The position numbers and the translations under genes are program-made. Shown in pieces: positions 60,801-64,000 of a stretch of 64,000 nucleotides of DNA (its first letter is position 1; each line of letters starts with the position of its first letter). This DNA comes from Phaeosaccion multiseriatum (lineage: Eukaryota; Protista; Ochrophyta, other classes). Under the pieces are notes generated by a model that was given only the letters and a program-made list of their open reading frames with translations, had not been told where the DNA came from and ran no database searches. The stretch is taken from the NCBI GenBank assembly GCA_965112735.1, contig OZ218960.1:2604001-2668000 (forward strand), written 5' to 3'.

Positions 60801-62694
60801 GAGGTGTGGGGGTGAGAGGGAGGATCAGACAGAGAGGAGGGGCAGTGAGAGAGAGGGTGTGAGGGAGGGGGGATAAGAGAGAAAGAGGGACAGAGAGAGA
60901 CAGAGGCATGGAGAGAGGATGCAGGAAGAGAGACAGAGACAGACAGGAGGGGCAGGGAGGGAGAGGGGGAGGTGAATGCATGGGAGTGAAGAACGGGACA
61001 GGAAGGGGAAGGGAGAAAACACACATGAAAAGCGAAGGTATCACCAACTCACCTGCTCCAGCTTGTTCTGCTCCTCGTTCCTATTGGCGCTCATCTTGGC
61101 ATCCTGCCTCGCCTTCCTATCCTCCATAAACTTGGCCAAGTCCGCTTGTGCCTGGGCCTTTACGCCCTCCTTGCTCGCGTCCTCGGCCTCCTTCTTGCGC
61201 TGAAGCTCCTCTGCCCACTGCGAGTTGAAAGCCTCCAGAGCGGACGATATGGGGGGGGGCAGCGCGTCTATGGCGTCCATGCCGTTCATACCCGAGGCTG
61301 CCTCCTCCTGCTGCGTCTCCTCCTGGTGAAGGAACGAAGGGATGAATCGAAATCCGATGGATGGATGGATGGGTGGATGGATGGATGGGTGAGTGGATTG
61401 GGGGGCGAGAGGGTGGGAGGGGGCGTGGTAATTTCAATTTCGAGCTCGGGCAGGACCGGGGGGGGGAAGGGGGGTGGGTTGTTTGGAAAATTTGGAGATT
61501 TAAGGTTGGGGGAGCACAGGGTGCGGGAGTTTGCATCTAGGAGGGACAAGTTTGGTTGGAGTGAAGCTTGTCAGGCTGTCTCAGCACTAACCTCTTCGCC
61601 GTAGCTTCCTCCTGCAGCTGCTCCTCCTGTCCCTGCTGCTGCGTCTACTCCCATCTCGCCCAGGTCGTCGCCGCCCCCGCTCCCCTGCATATCTGTCTGC
61701 TGCGCTTCCTCCAGGGGCTCCTCTTCACCAAAGGCTGCGTACCCCCCCCCCGCGTCGTCTCCTCCTCCCTCCTCCCCCCCCTGCTGCTGCATGTCAGTGT
61801 CCTGCATGTTGTCACCGTCCTGCAAGGTGTCCGGCTGCTGAGGATGGGACAGGGGAGGAAGCAAGGACGGAAGAAGGAAGGAAGAAGGTTCGTGTGGCGA
61901 ACTTAATTGGGACCAAGACAGAGCGGAAAGAGATATATATATATATACAGAGAGAGAGAGACCAAGAGACAAGAGAGAGAGATAGGGGAAAGACACAGAG
62001 ATGGCCCGCCCTAGGGGTTCGGGAAGAAGGAATCAGAATACTCCTTCGACTTGGAGCTAAGTTGTTCCACGGGCGACGGGATGGAAGTGCAGGGCAAAGA
62101 AAACATCCGTCAACAAACAAATGGGTGTCCAGAACTGCTCAGCTGCAGACATTGCAAGCAGCCCGTTGCCCATGCACTGCACCACTTTTCCCCTTTCACT
62201 CTGTCTACGCCATAATCACCCAACCCGGGCCGATAAAGGTCCGTCAGCAGTTTCTGGACATGAGTCGTAGCGTGGGTGAGTTCGCCTCCTCAGCCCCGCA
62301 AGCCCCCTGGCAGAGTTGTAACATATCCCCACACACTAGAGCAAACGAGCCTCCGTGCCCCTTCGTGCTCTCTATTTTTTGCGCACCGCAAAGTGTGCGT
62401 CTAGAGAACGAACAACTCCCCACTGTAGCAAACCACCCCCCCACCTCCCTCTATGGCGGCTATTCTCGATGCTCTGAGGAGCCGAGGATCGAGCGCACAA
62501 ACAACGCGCATAAAGACCATGTGCCTCCTGGGCGCCGCCCACTGTCACACCCCTCCCTCACCGGCATCCTAAGAACAAACAACCTAAACTCTTTCTCCTT
62601 AAAGGTTGCCTCTCCCCTTTGCTCGTACCTCCCCGTCCTCAGCTGCTGGGGTTGTTTCCTCGCCCCCGGTGAAGAAGTCTCCGTCGCCGTCCAT
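60337..62694 (-). CDS. CLC: Clathrin light chain
   Basis: Exons 62694-62629, 61837-61592, 61322-61053, 60750-60622, 60372-60337. Acidic N-terminus, helical FNSQWAEELQRK...ANRNEEQ, and conserved NPWERVVTLVD...DTSRMKSIFIQLKN. Confidence 0.92.
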
Positions 62695-62903
62695 GATTCG
62701 CGTCGCTTAGCTTCTGTAACACACGCAGCGTTTGAGAGAAGGAAGAGAGAATTAGCGCGGCGATGGCAGCCTGTGGCGCGCCACCCAAAAAATGATTGAA
62801 GTGGGGGGCAGTGTGTTTAAGAAGGTGATCAACGAGCAGAGGGGACCGCCCGAGGAGTAGCTTCTTGGTCCGGAGGATGAAAAGATTGGCTAGATAGGGT
62901 ATT

Positions 62904-63954
62904 ATGGGACCAGGCTCCAAGGCGGGAGCCAGAGCAGCAGCTGTAGTAGGCGCAGGAGCAGGAGCCACAACCCAGAAAGGATGCTGTCGCCACAGCTCCA
63001 GGAAAAAGAGGCGCCTTGCGGTCCTCTTTGCGGCCGTCTTGCCCATCGTCAGCGGCTTCGTTCCGCAGCTGCCCCGGCCCCGCCTCGGGCTGCTGCCATC
63101 TTTTCCAGCGTCCTCTGATGGGCAACGGCGGGCCGTATCCGTGCACACTTCCACTCGCCCTACGAGACGAGTGCTTCGCCTCTCTTCCGCAGACGACCAT
63201 GGAAGCAGTAGTGAACCTGCTTCAGCATCTGCAGGTGCAACCGCAGTACTGGAGGAAGAGGAGGAGGAAGGGGGGCGTGGCAGTGGGTCTGACAAGAATA
63301 AGACCAAGGGAGGCGGGAAAGTGGCCGTTGCGCAGGCGGTGGTGGCGACGGTCGGAGCCAGCGTCATCAACGCTGCTGCGGCGTCGGCGAAGCCAGTCGG
63401 CGCCCTTGTGAATAAGGTCCGGTCCAATCCCCTTTCCCGGCCAAAGCAGGAGAAGGTGGATGAGGCTGGGAAGGTGGTCATCAACTGGGAGGAGAAGGAG
63501 CCTTTCAACCTCGAGACCGCCGTCCTGCTTGCGGGCTTTGCCTTTGAGAGCTACCTTGATCCTGCTGATGTGAGTGAGACAGAAGGAGCAGATGGAGAAG
63601 GAGAAGCTGAAGAGAGGGAGAGAGAAGAAGAGGAAGTGTTTGCCATCTCTGTGTCCAACTTTCCGCCGCAAGGCCTAGAGGCCAGCGAGGTCGTCACTTT
63701 CGCCGCTTTCCCCCGGCTGGAGAGGGCGTCTAATGTTGTCTCGTTTTCGTGCTTCTTCTCTTCTCTTTCTCATCCTCCACCGGCCTCTCTCCCCTTCTCC
63801 CACCCTCTTTCTCTCCTCCCCTCTCTGTACCCCCGTCTCTCCCTCCCTCTGTCGCCTGTCCCTCTGACCACGACCACTCCTCCCCAACCTCTCGCGCTGC
63901 TCAGAGCAAGTGGAGCTTGGGACGCGATGGCACCAAAGTGGCCTTCCGAGACGA
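62904..63954 (+). CDS. Plastid-targeted protein, probably the N-terminus of an algal class-3 lipase (C2/Lipase_3) family member; continues beyond the right edge
   Basis: Exons 62904-63569 and 63905-63954. Signal+Phe motif LAVLFAAVLPIVSG|FVP. FNLETAVLLAGFAFESY..P..KWSLGRDGTKVAF resembles the N-terminal helix motif I recall from algal lipase-3 proteins. The catalytic domain is not in the window. Confidence 0.6.
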
Positions 63955-64000
63955 GTGAGTGCGCATGATGTAACTACCATTTCTTATCATACCATGTCGT

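Larger units (their letters stand above)
4917..61049. repeat. Dispersed short motif (CAG)n-TTGGTGATA-CAG, reverse CTGTATCACCAACTG, about 20 copies; the span given is the outer range only
   Basis: Copies at ~4917, 6401, 8464-8562 (array), 8727-8782, 13441, 13570, 18263, 18427, 19541, 19741, 19872, 30926, 31208-31250 (x2), 34157, 36194, 42125, 61038. Confidence 0.85.

Noticed and set aside
24912-62694. Functional cluster of trafficking genes (Rab8, ArfGAP2/3, VPS37, clathrin light chain)
   Set aside because: They act in different pathways, are interspersed with unrelated genes and belong to a large functional class. Nothing supports more than chance without synteny data.
61894-62799. 301-aa plus-strand ORF
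   Set aside because: Antisense to clathrin light chain intron 1 and exon 1; no recognisable motifs or coding-like composition.

Overview
Eukaryotic nuclear DNA, most likely from a photosynthetic stramenopile (ochrophyte). The evidence is bipartite signal+Phe plastid presequences, spliceosomal GT/GC-AG introns filled with microsatellites, and stramenopile-like housekeeping proteins. I spliced 17 genes by eye. Left to right: PA28/PSME3 proteasome activator (partial), OCA6-like pseudophosphatase, GCNA/ACRC SprT protease, mitochondrial double hot-dog (MaoC/mesaconyl-CoA hydratase-like) enzyme, PWWP-like + Cdc6/Orc1-like AAA+ ATPase, 3xCCCH-RS-Pin1 parvulin fusion, Rab8, plastid photolyase-N/alpha-beta hydrolase fusion, TOM22, ArfGAP2/3, cytochrome c, a small chimeric ORF carrying a duplicated plastid presequence, an ABA4/DUF4281 protein with very long repeat extensions, VPS37, an unknown signal-peptide protein, clathrin light chain and a class-3 lipase-like gene (partial). 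Most genes sit in tight head-to-head pairs. The most unusual signals are: (1) a short motif, CAG-TTGGTGATA-CAG, dispersed about 20 times through introns, intergenic DNA and coding exons, in different frames and on both strands; (2) apparent birth of a new plastid-targeted gene by capture of a promoter and presequence; (3) a tiny hairpin/MITE family with 6-bp target duplications inside a Ty1/copia relic; (4) unusual domain fusions. Most long ORFs in the supplied track are microsatellite artefacts. All protein assignments come from motif recognition, not database searches.
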